This document shows, piece after piece, positions 21,440 to 31,922 of a DNA stretch of 32,573 nt. A program made the translations under genes and the position numbers. Each line of letters begins with the position of its first letter. Positions within the stretch are counted from its first letter, which is position 1. Source of the stretch: Octopus bimaculoides (taxonomy: Eukaryota); the NCBI RefSeq assembly GCF_001194135.2, contig NC_068997.1, forward strand, positions 28,552,225 through 28,584,797. The letters run 5' to 3'. The notes under the pieces were generated by a model. It saw only the letters and a list, made by a program, of their open reading frames with translations, had not been told where the DNA came from and ran no database searches.

Positions 21440-21562
21440 TTCTATTATAACTTTGAAAACATAACTGTTAAAATCGAACTGCACTCTTCAAAATTTGCAC
21501 TAAGAATAAGTACAAAGTAAAATTACTATCTGCTTTTATAGTAAGTTGATGCAGGTATATAA

Positions 21563-21590
21563 TTTAGATAACTTAGATATGTTTCGACCA
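21563..21590 (-). mobile_element. CR1-type LINE 3' tip
   Basis: Minus strand tggtcgaaacatatctaagttatctaa matches the 3' terminus at 29378-29402. Confidence 0.6.
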
Positions 21591-21594
21591 AATA

Positions 21595-21600
21595 CACGCG

Positions 21601-21671
<71 letters not shown>

Positions 21672-21720
21672 GCATATATATATACATGCATATATATATA
21701 CATGCATATATATATATGTA
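21595..21720. repeat. (CG)n(CA)n(TA)n compound microsatellite
   Basis: Direct reading. Confidence 0.95.
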
Positions 21721-22034
21721 TTCATAATATGGGATGTTTTAGTATCCAGAAGATCCAAAAGGCAGGTAAGGCTATGTAAGTGCTACGGAAGGGCTGCTGT
21801 TAAGCTTCCGGTTCAATAAGAACATGAGTGAGGAGTCCAAGGCAGGTCGTGTGTGAGCATGTATATGTTAAATAAAATGGGATAACAAGGCTAAGGCAAT
21901 TTGATATTCCTAAGACATTTATAATTAGAAAGGTGGCCTTACAGCTGCTTCAGGGAAATAAATGTCATCCCATCATCAGAGACGAGTTAAATCAGCTTCT
22001 ACAGGAGGAAATAGTAGAGTTCATTTTTTTAGAA

Positions 22035-22665
22035 GTTATTCTATGCTCCCAAGTACATCCTCAGAGATGTTTCCTGCAATCATTGATATTTGAGGGTTTT
22101 CAAGTGTCAAACACCTTCAAGCAGGTGGCCCAGCAACCTTTAATACCTCCTTTGTTCACTCAATGGCCTTCCGCTTACTGGGCCCTCAGATGCCTAACAT
22201 ATGGGCTCTACTGAGGGACTGGCCTGCAAACCCTCTGCAACCCATCATACTTTGCTTGCCATCCCTTGTTTTGACATAATTCCATCAGTTCTGCATATTC
22301 CATTCTCTTCTCATTTGTCTTCTCATTGCTGTCCTCCGAGGAATGGAGAGTTGAATAGAAGCACCTATGCGACGCTTCCAAGATCAATACTATGACTGGC
22401 CATGGCGATGTTCAGGCAACAGTTTCTGGAAATTTCTGCTCGTTCCCCATGTCGACTTTCCGTCTTGTGCTGTTAATAGCTTGCCTGGTTAGGAAGGGGC
22501 AATAGCTGGCGTCTTCTTGACCCCAGCCTTGACAAAAGCGCCTGCACCGACTAATTCAGAAATATATGGTGTCTATTATGGCCTTCAAGATTTGGTCGTA
22601 CCTCCAGCGGTGGAGTACCTCTCCAAGAACTTTTGGACAACCCTTGAAGATGTGTTCCAGGGTCC
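22035..22665 (-). mobile_element. HERO-like (R2 superfamily) non-LTR retrotransposon 3' fragment: zinc knuckle, RLE and 3' UTR, degenerate
   Basis: LEHIFKGCPKVLGEVLHRWRYDQILKAI, then across frameshifts KFPE, EKTNEKRMEYAELMELCQNKGWQA and GCRGFAGQSLSRA..LGI.G.SKRKAI. These match the HERO motifs LEHILSxCPKALGEGRYRWRHDQVLK and GCRGFAGQSL as I recall them. Confidence 0.8.
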
Positions 22666-23032
22666 GTTAAATAACCCAGTCAGTGATTATATTATAAACA
22701 TTTTTTTTGTAAGCAGCCAACGCAGTAAAACATGCCCATCGATAAATACGTTAAAAGTTAAGAGTTCGTGAGTTTGTTTCATTTATTATAGACGCAGTTA
22801 GACTACACAACGGTGGTCTCTTACAATACATCACACACCAAAAATCTCTCACGTAACACTGGCGACCAATCTCCCACTCAACATTAGCAGCCAAGCATCA
22901 TCCATGATACTAACATTCCATTTCTTGATCTGGTTTGTAAATCTGATCAACCAGGCCTAACGTGAGACGGCTATCATCTAACAAGATGAAGCAATCATCA
23001 GGTATGCATAAATGTATGTAAATACAAGTATA

Positions 23033-23175
23033 CAGTAATCCCTCGACTCTCGCTGGTGTTACGTTCCAAGACCCCACCTCTCCCGCCGCGTGAAGTAGAA
23101 ACAGTACTGTACTATATAATTTTATTTATTATTTTTATAATTTGTATATATTTATTTTATCATAAATGCAAAACG
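23033..23175 (+). mobile_element. Tigger/pogo-type MITE left end, truncated
   Basis: TA|CAGTAATCCCTCG is typical of Tigger TIRs. No right TIR seen. Confidence 0.55.
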
Positions 23176-23179
23176 GAGG

Positions 23180-23290
23180 AATCTGTGTCATGCTGGATCT
23201 CTCTGAGGATTACATGAAGGGTATGCGTTTCTGCGGAGTACTCAACCACTTGCACGTTAATTTCACGAGCTGACTATTCCGACGGAGTAT
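23180..23290 (+). mobile_element. SINE family C 3' fragment
   Basis: ctgtgtca...ctgag...gggtatgcg...ggagtactcaaccacttgcacgttaatttcacgag...ccgacggagta aligns to 8240-8673. Confidence 0.75.
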
Positions 23291-23574
23291 TCATGTATGT
23301 ATGTATCGATCGTATATCATATAACCCATGATTCAATACATTGCAAACGCACAATCGATATTGCTTTTATTAACCAGGTGATGTCTTACGTAAGTATTGT
23401 TTTTTTTCAATACATTCTCTAAACAATTGCACTGTTGCGAAGCATCGTCTCAACTGATCGATAAGCACANNNNNNNNNNNNNNNNNNNNNNNNNNNNNNN
23501 NNNNNNNNNNNNNNNNTACATTCTCTAAACAATTGCACTGTTGCGAAGCATCGTCTCAACTGATCGATAAGCAC

Positions 23575-23795
23575 ACACACACACACACACACACACAAAT
23601 CCATACATGCATTCACACACATATATACACTTAAACACATTAATACACTTATACATTTACACATTCATACAAGCACACACTCATACACACACTTATAAAC
23701 TCACAGACACTCGTACACAAACGCAGAGTCATACACATAGACACACTTATACACACACACTCCTACACACACTCTCATATATTCATTCACACACA
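23575..23795. repeat. CA-rich degenerate microsatellite
   Basis: Direct reading. Confidence 0.9.
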
Positions 23796-23895
23796 TAAAA
23801 CTTTTAGCGCGTTAATCGATGCACCGCGGTCTGAAAATTGTTCATCATCGCTGCCTTACAATTCTTCCTACCATTTTCATTGTTATTCCATCAAA

Positions 23896-24054
23896 TAGGC
23901 GCACGAGTGGCTGCATAGTAAAAAGACTGCTTACTAATCACATGGTTCTAGTTTCAGTCCCTCTGCGTGGCACCTTGCGAAAATGTCTTTTACGACCAAT
24001 GTCTAGCGAGTACATTTGGATGATGAAAACTGAAAGAAACCCATCGCATAATAT

Positions 24055-24080
<26 letters not shown>
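23896..24080 (+). mobile_element. SINE family B 5' half
   Basis: aggcgcacgagtggctg...cacatggttctagtttcagtccctctgcgtggcacctt...aaactgaaagaaaccc. Confidence 0.85.
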
Positions 24081-24090
<10 letters not shown>

Positions 24091-24789
24091 GCATATATGG
24101 GTACAGGACGTCACCAACATGAAATACGAAAACAAACGAGTTAAATATATGTGTGTGTGTGTGTGTGNNNNNNNNNNNNNNNNNNNNNNNNNNNNNNNNN
24201 NNNNNNNNNNNNNNNNNNNNNNNNNNNNNNNNNNNNNNNNNNNNNNNNNNNNNNNNNNNNNNNNNNNNNNNNNNNNNNNNNNNNNNNNNNNNNNNNNNNN
24301 NNNNNNNNNNNNNNNNNNNNNNNNNNNNNNNNNNNNNNNNNNNNNNNNNNNNNNNNNNNNNNNNNNNNNNNNNNNNNNNNNNNNNNNNNNNNNNNNNNNN
24401 NNNNNNNNNNNNNNNNNNNNNNNNNNNNNNNNNNNNNNNNNNNNNNNNNNNNNNNNNNNNNNNNNNNNNNNNNNNNNNNNNNNNNNNNNNNNNNNNNNNN
24501 NNNNNNNNNNNNNNNNNNNNNNNNNNNNNNNNNNNNNNNNNNNNNNNNNNNNNNNNNNNNNNNNNNNNNNNNNNNNNNNNNNNNNNNNNNNNNNNNNNNN
24601 NNNNNNNNNNNNNNNNNNNNNNNNNNNNNNNNNNNNNNNNNNNNNNNNNNNNNNNNNNNNNNNNNNNNNNNNNNNNNNNNNNNNNNNNNNNNNNNNNNNN
24701 NNNNNNNNNNNNNNNNNNNNNNNNAGGTGACGATTTCTTCTTAAAAATATATATCTTCTGCGAAATGTATTGAACATTCGTCCGACATC

Positions 24790-24842
<53 letters not shown>

Positions 24843-24925
24843 GCGCACGCACACGCACATACACACACACGCACATACACACACACGCACATATATATAT
24901 ACATATGTGTGTGTGTGTGTGTGTT
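24790..24925. repeat. (CA)n/(TA)n/(TG)n compound microsatellite
   Basis: Direct reading. Confidence 0.95.
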
Positions 24926-25051
24926 AACAGTTGTATTTTAGCAGTCATTTTCTCCAATGTAATAGTTGAAGGCCGATGCTAATATTGGAAAACTCTCCTC
25001 ACAAAATGAGGAATAATTGGTGTGTGTGTGTGTGCGTGTGTGTGCTTCATT

Positions 25052-25240
25052 GCGGTTGTTCACTTGCTGGAAATAACAGCCAGATCTTCAAACCATGCAC
25101 AAACACCTTAAGGAAGAACACATTTTAAATTTTATAGTATTATAAAAAAAAAACAAAAAAAAAACAAAGGAAAAAACGGAAATGTTTTTCATCCTAGGTC
25201 TACTCGGTCGATGAGAGGTAGCCTAGGGCTAAAGAACAAC
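25052..25240 (+). repeat. Family D copy 3
   Basis: ggttgttcacttgctggaaataacagccagat...cctagggctaaagaacaac. Confidence 0.55.
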
Positions 25241-25424
25241 CTACATCACTTGAAATCACTTGAACAAGTGGGAATTATGCAAAGACAGACACCGTCACAG
25301 ACCAAACAGAATTGTTATGTTTAATGCAACTCACAAGTTGAAAGAGAATACTTCCCCAGGCTTTTTATTCTAGTGTCGACATGAAAGGTTAGTCTTTAAT
25401 CAATGAGCATAAATCAAAATAGAC

Positions 25425-25595
25425 ACATACATACATACATACATACATACATACGTAATTATATATGCATAAACATATACATACACATACATATGTGTGT
25501 ATATATGTGTGTGTGTGTGTGTGTGTATGTGTGTGTGTGTGTGTATGTGTGTGTGTGTGTACATAATCACACACACACACACACACACACACACA
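25425..25595. repeat. (CATA)n(TG)n(CA)n compound microsatellite
   Basis: Direct reading. Confidence 0.95.
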
Positions 25596-25739
25596 TGCTT
25601 TTATTAGTTTCAAAAGCCATGCTAACATTGCTGGGTTTAGCAGACCTAATCAATGCTACCCAGTTATTTTATGCCTGGTTCTTATTCCATAGGGATCATT
25701 TTGGCCAGCGGCTAAGTTATGGAGCCATAGAGAAACCAG

Positions 25740-25868
25740 CATTTGTTATCCAGCGGCGTTCGGCATAGACAGTCTTGGAGACTTTGTTTTCATATTTTCG
25801 TGTTTAGAACGACAAAGGTATCATTCTTCTTGAGTTTCTAGAATATGATTGTACCGTGGACAGTAAGG
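25740..25868 (+). mobile_element. Possible short mariner transposase fragment
   Basis: QRRSA*TVLETLF and NDKGIILLEFLEYDCTVDS resemble the SAGKVMATVFWDxKGIILxDFL...T(I/V)NS segment. Short and degenerate. Confidence 0.35.
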
Positions 25869-25873
25869 GTGCA

Positions 25874-27375
25874 CTTAGGGTGGTGCATTCTATGCATTGT
25901 CAACAGTTTTCGTATTTTTCTGTCAAGATTACATATGTCAGTAATTGACCAGTTAACGATATTTAAATTGTAAGTCACGACTGGTATGGCTAAAGCATTG
26001 ATCACTTCGATCCTGCTTCTTGCATTCAGGTCTGTCTTCAGTATTGCTCTTACCCTGCGATAACATTTTCTTCTGATCTTTTCCCTCATCACTGCATGCT
26101 TGATTCCGTCCCCTTCAATTACCCCTAGGTATTTGTAGCTCTCCTCTGGTTCTAACTCTTTTATGACATTCTGTTGGTCAAGGTTAACGTTAGATGTTTC
26201 TGTCAATTTTCCTTTGATAAAGGTAGCTTTCACACATTTATCGAAGCCAAATTGCATCCTGATGTCATCACTGAATTGTTTAACAATCACTAGTAAGCCC
26301 TTGAGTTGTTGGTCATGTTTTGCAAAGAGCTTTAAATCATCCATGTAAATGAGATGATTTATATTTTTATCAAACATTTTATAACCGTACTGTGCATCAT
26401 TGAACAATTTTGAGAGAGGTATTAAGGCTAGACAAAAGAGGAGTGGTGATAGTGAGTCACCCTGGCAAATGCCACATGAAATTTTTACATTTCCAACATT
26501 TAGAGATTCATTGTCACTGTTCAAAGTTAGTGTGGTTCTCATACTTACAGGCAAACAGTTTTGCAGAGTAGGCGCTATTTCATACATTTCCAGACATTTC
26601 TTAATCCAGATATGTGGTAGGCTGTCAAAAGCTTTTTTATTGTCTATCCAAGCTATTGAAAAGTTTTTGTGTCGTTTGTGACAATCTTCTAAGATCATCT
26701 TATTGATGAGTAGCTGATCTTTACAACCATAGGATCCACGTTTACATCCTTTTTGCTCATTATGGAATATGCTGCTTTGTATTAAAAAAAAACTATAGGT
26801 ATATTCAGTCAGGACAGATGTTAGCGTTTTATATATTGTTGTTAAGCAGGTTATGGGTCTATAATTTTTTGATTCATTTGTTTCTTCATTTTTTGGAAGC
26901 AGGAATGTTAAACCATTAACTAGCCAAGAGGGCATCAAACTAGGATGTTGGAAAACACCGTTGTAAAATTCTGTTAGCAGTTCATGGCTCTCTAGGAAGG
27001 CATTCAACCAGAAGCTATGAATTTTATCCTTTCCTGGAGACTTCCATTTGCTTGACCTCCTGAGAGCAGATCTTATATCTTCTACCTTGACACCCTCCCA
27101 CTTTTGCTCCTCTAAGGAGTCTAAGTCTGTAGATATTCTATCAATCTAAGGGGCCTTTTCATTGTGTGTTTTTTCTTCTGCCCAAATTTTAGTCCAAAAT
27201 CCCTGCACTTCTTTTGATGGGACAGACTTTACTATAACTGGTGTTTTCCCTATCTTCCTGCAAAAATTTTTGGGGTTATTTTTGAACATGTTGTCCTTGA
27301 AGAATCTAGCGCGCTTTTCATACTTTACTATGCGGGCAGCTTTAGCACATACCTTTTTGCTTGATGGTTTCTATG

Positions 27376-27377
<2 letters not shown>
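25874..27377 (-). mobile_element. Dong/R4-clade non-LTR retrotransposon: reverse transcriptase region, truncated at both ends
   Basis: SPGKDKIHSFWL, NYRPITCL, EQKGCKRGSYGCKDQLLINKMI, KKAFDSLPH, QGDSLSPLLF, HLIYMDDLKLFAK, YKYLG, LDRKIRKLLTMHRMHHPK. The 389-codon ORF extends upstream in frame through one stop, with a frameshift near 27356. No RLE domain is present. Confidence 0.9.

Positions 27378-27404
<27 letters not shown>
27377..27404. repeat. (TTA)n tract, (TAA)n on the element strand, at the R4 5' junction
   Basis: Direct reading. It abuts the first element-derived codons. Confidence 0.95.
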
Positions 27405-27407
<3 letters not shown>

Positions 27408-28022
27408 AAATGTGAAATTATAATCTGAATATAGAAACCTGTATGTATCGATGCATGTATACATGTATGGGTGGATGAATGGATGGACAGGAACAATTTT
27501 CTGTTAGATCTGTATTGGAAATAAAATTGTGATCCAGTTGTATCTTTTTGAAATAATTTTTCTTCTTATTTTCGAAAGAGTGCCTCAGTTTCTTTAGAAC
27601 AAGAAAAAATCCCCAAAGCTACATCAATATTTCTTGATACTCATGGTTTCATCTTCAGGATGAAGTGGTATTGGCGTGTATTGCCGGCAATGTGACTAGC
27701 GTAGACATTACATCAGTAATTTAGAGGTATGGTTGTAATACCTCTTTACACGCCATTAGTCGGCTGTTTCTTTTGGTTTGTGTCAAGTGCATGTTGTCTA
27801 CGAGCTTATCGAGTTTATTTTAACGTTGCGCTGCATCGAGAGTATTGCTTCCCAACGATGATCGTCTATTTTTGTGAGGAATTCTTCAGAGAAGAGTTGT
27901 CCACCAATGTTACATGCTGCATTCTCCAGCGATGCCGAGCAGTTTTGATGCTACTACAAAATGTCCTGATTCTTGTATCACGCTTCTCAGCCCTGCTATT
28001 CATGCAGTCACCTCACCAAGCG

Positions 28023-28033
28023 CAGAGAGAGAT

Positions 28034-28065
<32 letters not shown>

Positions 28066-28122
28066 GAGGGGGAAATAGAGAGAGGGAGAGAGACAGATAG
28101 AGAGTGAGGAAAAGAGAGAGAG
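28023..28122. repeat. GA-rich microsatellite
   Basis: Direct reading. Confidence 0.93.
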
Positions 28123-28679
28123 TCTTACCTGCTTACTTGTCTGTATTTTTGCATCTGTTTACTTGTCTAGCCTATTTCGCTATTTTACCAATCTACCTAC
28201 TGAACTATCTACCTATCTATCTACATTAAAATATCACTATACCTGTCTGTCTGCTCGTTTGCGTACTTAACAACTATCAATAAACCATTGTTTCATACAT
28301 ATTTATCTTCAACTCACAAGTAGGTCGTAGAGTGGATAAGGCTATCGGCAGCCAGCCAAGGGGATGACGGTTGCTATTCTGGTCTTGTGCTATACTGACA
28401 GTCAAGCTACTAAACTATCGGTTGTTATCTAGGATCTATTCGTATGTACACGGGATAAAGGCATTCAATTTCGGCGGTGTAGTGTGTGTGTGTGTGCGGG
28501 GAAGGGGGGGGGGTGCATACTGCACGTGACGGCGGGTTTTTTGCAGTAGTCGGTAGTATGTTACGTTTTAGGAAGTAGGGCAACCAATATAGCTACGGCA
28601 CAGGGTGGCCAAAACTCACGCTGCGCCACCGTTCCAGTTGTGATAACCCAATTAGTTTTTTTCTTATTTCTTTGATATT

Positions 28680-28914
28680 GACGCAGGCGTGTCTGTGTGG
28701 TAAGAAGCTTGCTCTCCAACCACATGGTTCCAGCTTCTGGCCCACTGCGTGGCACCTTGGACAAGTAACTTCTACTCTAGCCTCGGGACGATCAAAACCT
28801 AATAAGTGGCTCAGGTAGACGGAAACTGAAAGAAGCTCGTCGTATATGTGTGTGTGTGTGTGTGACCACCGTTTGAAACCGCTGTTTGTGTGTTTATGTC
28901 CTCGTAACTTAACG
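28680..28914 (+). mobile_element. SINE family B, 3'-truncated
   Basis: gcaggcgtgtctgtgtggtaagaagc...ccactgcgtggcaccttgg...gtagacggaaactgaaagaagc...(TG)n. Confidence 0.9.
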
Positions 28915-29015
28915 GGGCCTAGTCAATACTATCGACCCAATATTTGACTGATATTTTCTCCCGGAGGAATGAAAGGTAAAGTTATTATCAGCTGAATTTG
29001 AATTCAGAATGTTAA
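28915..29015 (-). mobile_element. SINE A, old core fragment
   Basis: atcgaccca...gaatgaaaggtaaag...gaatttgaattcagaat. Confidence 0.6.
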
Positions 29016-29118
29016 CATCCCAAAGCATGTATTTATCGTAGTAACACTCAAGGATTTATCCGGCTTTGTGAATCAGGAAACTTATGCTGGATTATTGAAT
29101 AAATGAATAAATTTAAAA

Positions 29119-29402
29119 GAATCTATTGCGACACAATTTCTTCACTGCAAATGGTCCTGCTCTTTTCAATGTTATGTTAGAAATTAAAGTAGAACCCCCT
29201 CCCCCCACAACTTTGAAACGGTACCAGGACAAATTCATCCAGGAAATACCGGATAAACCACCTACACCTGGATACGTCTCAACAACTCTGCTTGAGTGGT
29301 CTATGGTGTCCCGAAATAATTAACTAAAAGACTTTTCCAGGTGGTGCTATTGAGTTAGTCATGGCCTGGGTCGATAGTGGCCAAAATCTATCTAAGTTAT
29401 CT
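29119..29402 (+). mobile_element. CR1-type LINE 3' end (end of ORF2 plus 3' UTR)
   Basis: RHNFFTANGPALFNV...LKRYQDKFIQEIPDKPPTPGY...LLEW resembles the CR1-group ORF2 C-terminus (GPxLFN, LDxFLxxIPDxP). It is followed by ccaggtggtgc...atctaagttatct. Confidence 0.75.
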
Positions 29403-29523
29403 GTACTGATGTATAACGATCATAGAATATATTCAGGATATTTAAGGCCTCAAATAATAACACCTTATTAACCTATAGAATCCGCGAGTACGCTCTGGAG
29501 GGCGCAATTTCATTTGACTATAA

Positions 29524-29690
29524 CAGTGGTTCCTAATCTCTGGTCCGTGGACGCCCGGTGCTTCCGAAAAGGTAGTACTGGGGGTCCGTGAACATGTCAA
29601 GCTGACAGACCTTTCCAGGTCCTGGGGGTCAGTGGGAAAACTCGCTTAAATAAAAGGGGTCCTTGGTAGTGAAAAGGTTGGGAACCACTG
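29524..29690. mobile_element. hAT (Charlie-type) MITE, 167 bp
   Basis: TIRs cagtggttcctaatct / aggttgggaaccactg and an exact 8-bp TSD gactataa (29516-29523 and 29691-29698). Confidence 0.93.
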
Positions 29691-29785
29691 GACTATAATA
29701 ACCACAGAGGGAGCAAAAGCGGTTTTGTGTTGACGGCTGAAAATAATGTTTCGGCCAGTTCGAGAGCCACAAACACAATATGTAC

Positions 29786-30018
29786 GGCGGCGAGCTGGCA
29801 GAAACGTTAGCATGCCAGGAAAAATGCTTAGCGGTATTTCGTTTGCTATTACGTTCTGAGTTCAAATTCCGCCGAGGTCGACTTTGCCTTTCATCCTTTC
29901 GGGGTCGATAAATTAAGTACCAGTTACGCACTGAGGTCGATGTAGTCGACTTAATCCCATTGTCTGTCCTTGTTTGTCTCCTCTATGTTTAGCCCCTTGT
30001 GGGCAATAAAGAAATAAG
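29786..30018 (+). mobile_element. SINE A head and core with an alternative 3' tail
   Basis: Canonical head and core, then tgtctgtccttgtttgtctcctctatgtttagccccttgtgggcaataaagaaataaga instead of ggccttgtgcc. Confidence 0.9.
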
Positions 30019-30192
30019 AAACGTTAGCAAGCCGAGCGAAATGCTTAGCAGTATTTCGTCTGTCTTTACGTTCTGAGTTCAAATTCTGCCGAGGTCGACT
30101 TTGCCTTTCATCCTTTCGCGGTTGATAAATTAAGTACCAGTTGCGTACTGGTATCAATTTCGGGCCTTGTGCCTAGAATAGAAAAGAATATT
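30018..30192 (+). mobile_element. SINE family A, slightly 5'-truncated and internally deleted
   Basis: aacgttagc...gagttcaaattctgccgaggtcgac...gggccttgtgcctagaatagaaaag. Confidence 0.92.
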
Positions 30193-30283
30193 TTGTGGCC
30201 TCCCATTTTGTCTTCCAGGATAAAGCGGACTCACAGATTCAAAGAGTCAAACCTAAATACTTTATTATGATATTATCTTTTAT

Positions 30284-31605
30284 CACCTACTTGTTTCAGT
30301 CAATTGACTGCTGCCATGCTGGAGCACCGCCTTGAAGGGTTTTAGACGAACAAATTGACCACAGAGCTTATTTTTTTTAGGTGTGGTACTTATTCTATCG
30401 GGTCTCTTACCAAACCGTTCAGTTACGGGGACGTAAGCGCACCAACACTGTGGAGGAACAAACACACACAGAAACACACAGAAACACCCACACACACAGA
30501 TACACACACACACAAATACACACACCCACACACACAGATACACACACACACAAATACACACACACAAATACACACACNNNNNNNNNNNNNNNNNNNNNNN
30601 NNNNNNNNNNNNNNNNNNNNNNNNNNNNNNNNNNNNNNNNNNNNNNNNNNNNNNNNNNNNNNNNNNNNNNNNNNNNNNNNNNNNNNNNNNNNNNNNNNNN
30701 NNNNNNNNNNNNNNNNNNNNNNNNNNNNNNNNNNNNNNNNNNNNNNNNNNNNNNNNNNNNNNNNNNNNNNNNNNNNNNNNNNNNNNNNNNNNNNNNNNNN
30801 NNNNNNNNNNNNNNNNNNNNNNNNNNNNNNNNNNNNNNNNNNNNNNNNNNNNNNNNNNNNNNNNNNNNNNNNNNNNNNNNNNNNNNNNNNNNNNNNNNNN
30901 NNNNNNNNNNNNNNNNNNNNNNNNNNNNNNNNNNNNNNNNNNNNNNNNNNNNNNNNNNNNNNNNNNNNNNNNNNNNNNNNNNNNNNNNNNNNNNNNNNNN
31001 NNNNNNNNNNNNNNNNNNNNNNNNNNNNNNNNNNNNNNNNNNNNNNNNNNNNNNNNNNNNNNNNNNNNNNNNNNNNNNNNNNNNNNNNNNNNNNNNNNNN
31101 NNNNNNNNNNNNNNNNNNNNNNNNNNNNNNNNNNNNNNNNNNNNNNNNNNNNNNNNNNNNNNNNNNNNNNNNNNNNNNNNNNNNNNNNNNNNNNNNNNNN
31201 NNNNNNNNNNNNNNNNNNNNNNNNNNNNNNNNNNNNNNNNNNNNNNNNNNNNNNNNNNNNNNNNNNNNNNNNNNNNNNNNNNNNNNNNNNNNNNNNNNNN
31301 NNNNNNNNNNNNNNNNNNNNNNNNNNNNNNNNNNNNNNNNNNNNNNNNNNNNNNNNNNNNNNNNNNNNNNNNNNNNNNNNNNNNNNNNNNNNNNNNNNNN
31401 NNNNNNNNNNNNNNNNNNNNNNNNNNNNNNNNNNNNNNNNNNNNNNNNNNNNNNNNNNNNNNNNNNNNNNNNNNNNNNNNNNNNNNNNNNNNNNNNNNNN
31501 NNNNNNAAAAAAAAAACGTCCAGCTTGCACACAAACGAGAAACCAAATGCACTCTGGGTGACGCATGCGCGGAAGCAAACTTCTTACCGTACAACCACGC
31601 CTGCA
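30284..31605 (-). mobile_element. SINE family B spanning a gap, with an expanded CA-type internal repeat
   Basis: B tail at 30284-30460, CA-rich expansion to the gap, and a B head remnant (ggaagcaaacttcttacc..caaccacgcctgc) at 31570-31605. That they are one copy is inferred. Confidence 0.7.
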
Positions 31606-31717
31606 TTTTACAATACTGTAAATTAATTTAATTCTTATTTATTATTACATAACATGGTAATTATTTAAATAAGTGGTTTTACTGCCAGATTGCCACTTGA
31701 CCTACACTTATAATTCC

Positions 31718-31922
31718 GGTTTTCTACTAAGGCCCGGAATTTGGGAAAGAAGCTTGTCGATTACACTGGCCCTGGTGCTCAACTGCTATTTATTTTATCG
31801 ACCCCGAAAGGATAAAAGACGAAGTCAAACTCAGAGACGTTTGAACTCAGAGTATAAAGCCGGAAGAAACTCTACTAAGCATTTTGTCCGGCGTGGTAAC
31901 AATTCTGCCAACTTGCCGCCTT
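31718..31922 (-). mobile_element. SINE family A, diverged
   Basis: atcgaccccgaaaggat...tttgaactcagag...aagcattttgtccggcgt...ctgccaacttgccgcctt. Confidence 0.88.

Noticed and set aside
22040-22125. CUGAGGA and GAAAC in the HERO-like 3' UTR as a hammerhead ribozyme
   Set aside because: The CUGAGGA lies inside an ACAUC/GAUGU hairpin and I cannot build helices I-III around a core.
23411-23575. 59-bp exact direct repeat on both sides of the 47-N gap
   Set aside because: This is the typical pattern of an unmerged contig overlap, so most likely an assembly artefact.
27729-28100. 123-aa plus-strand ORF
   Set aside because: No recognisable motif, it ends in a GA microsatellite, and no splice pattern supports it.
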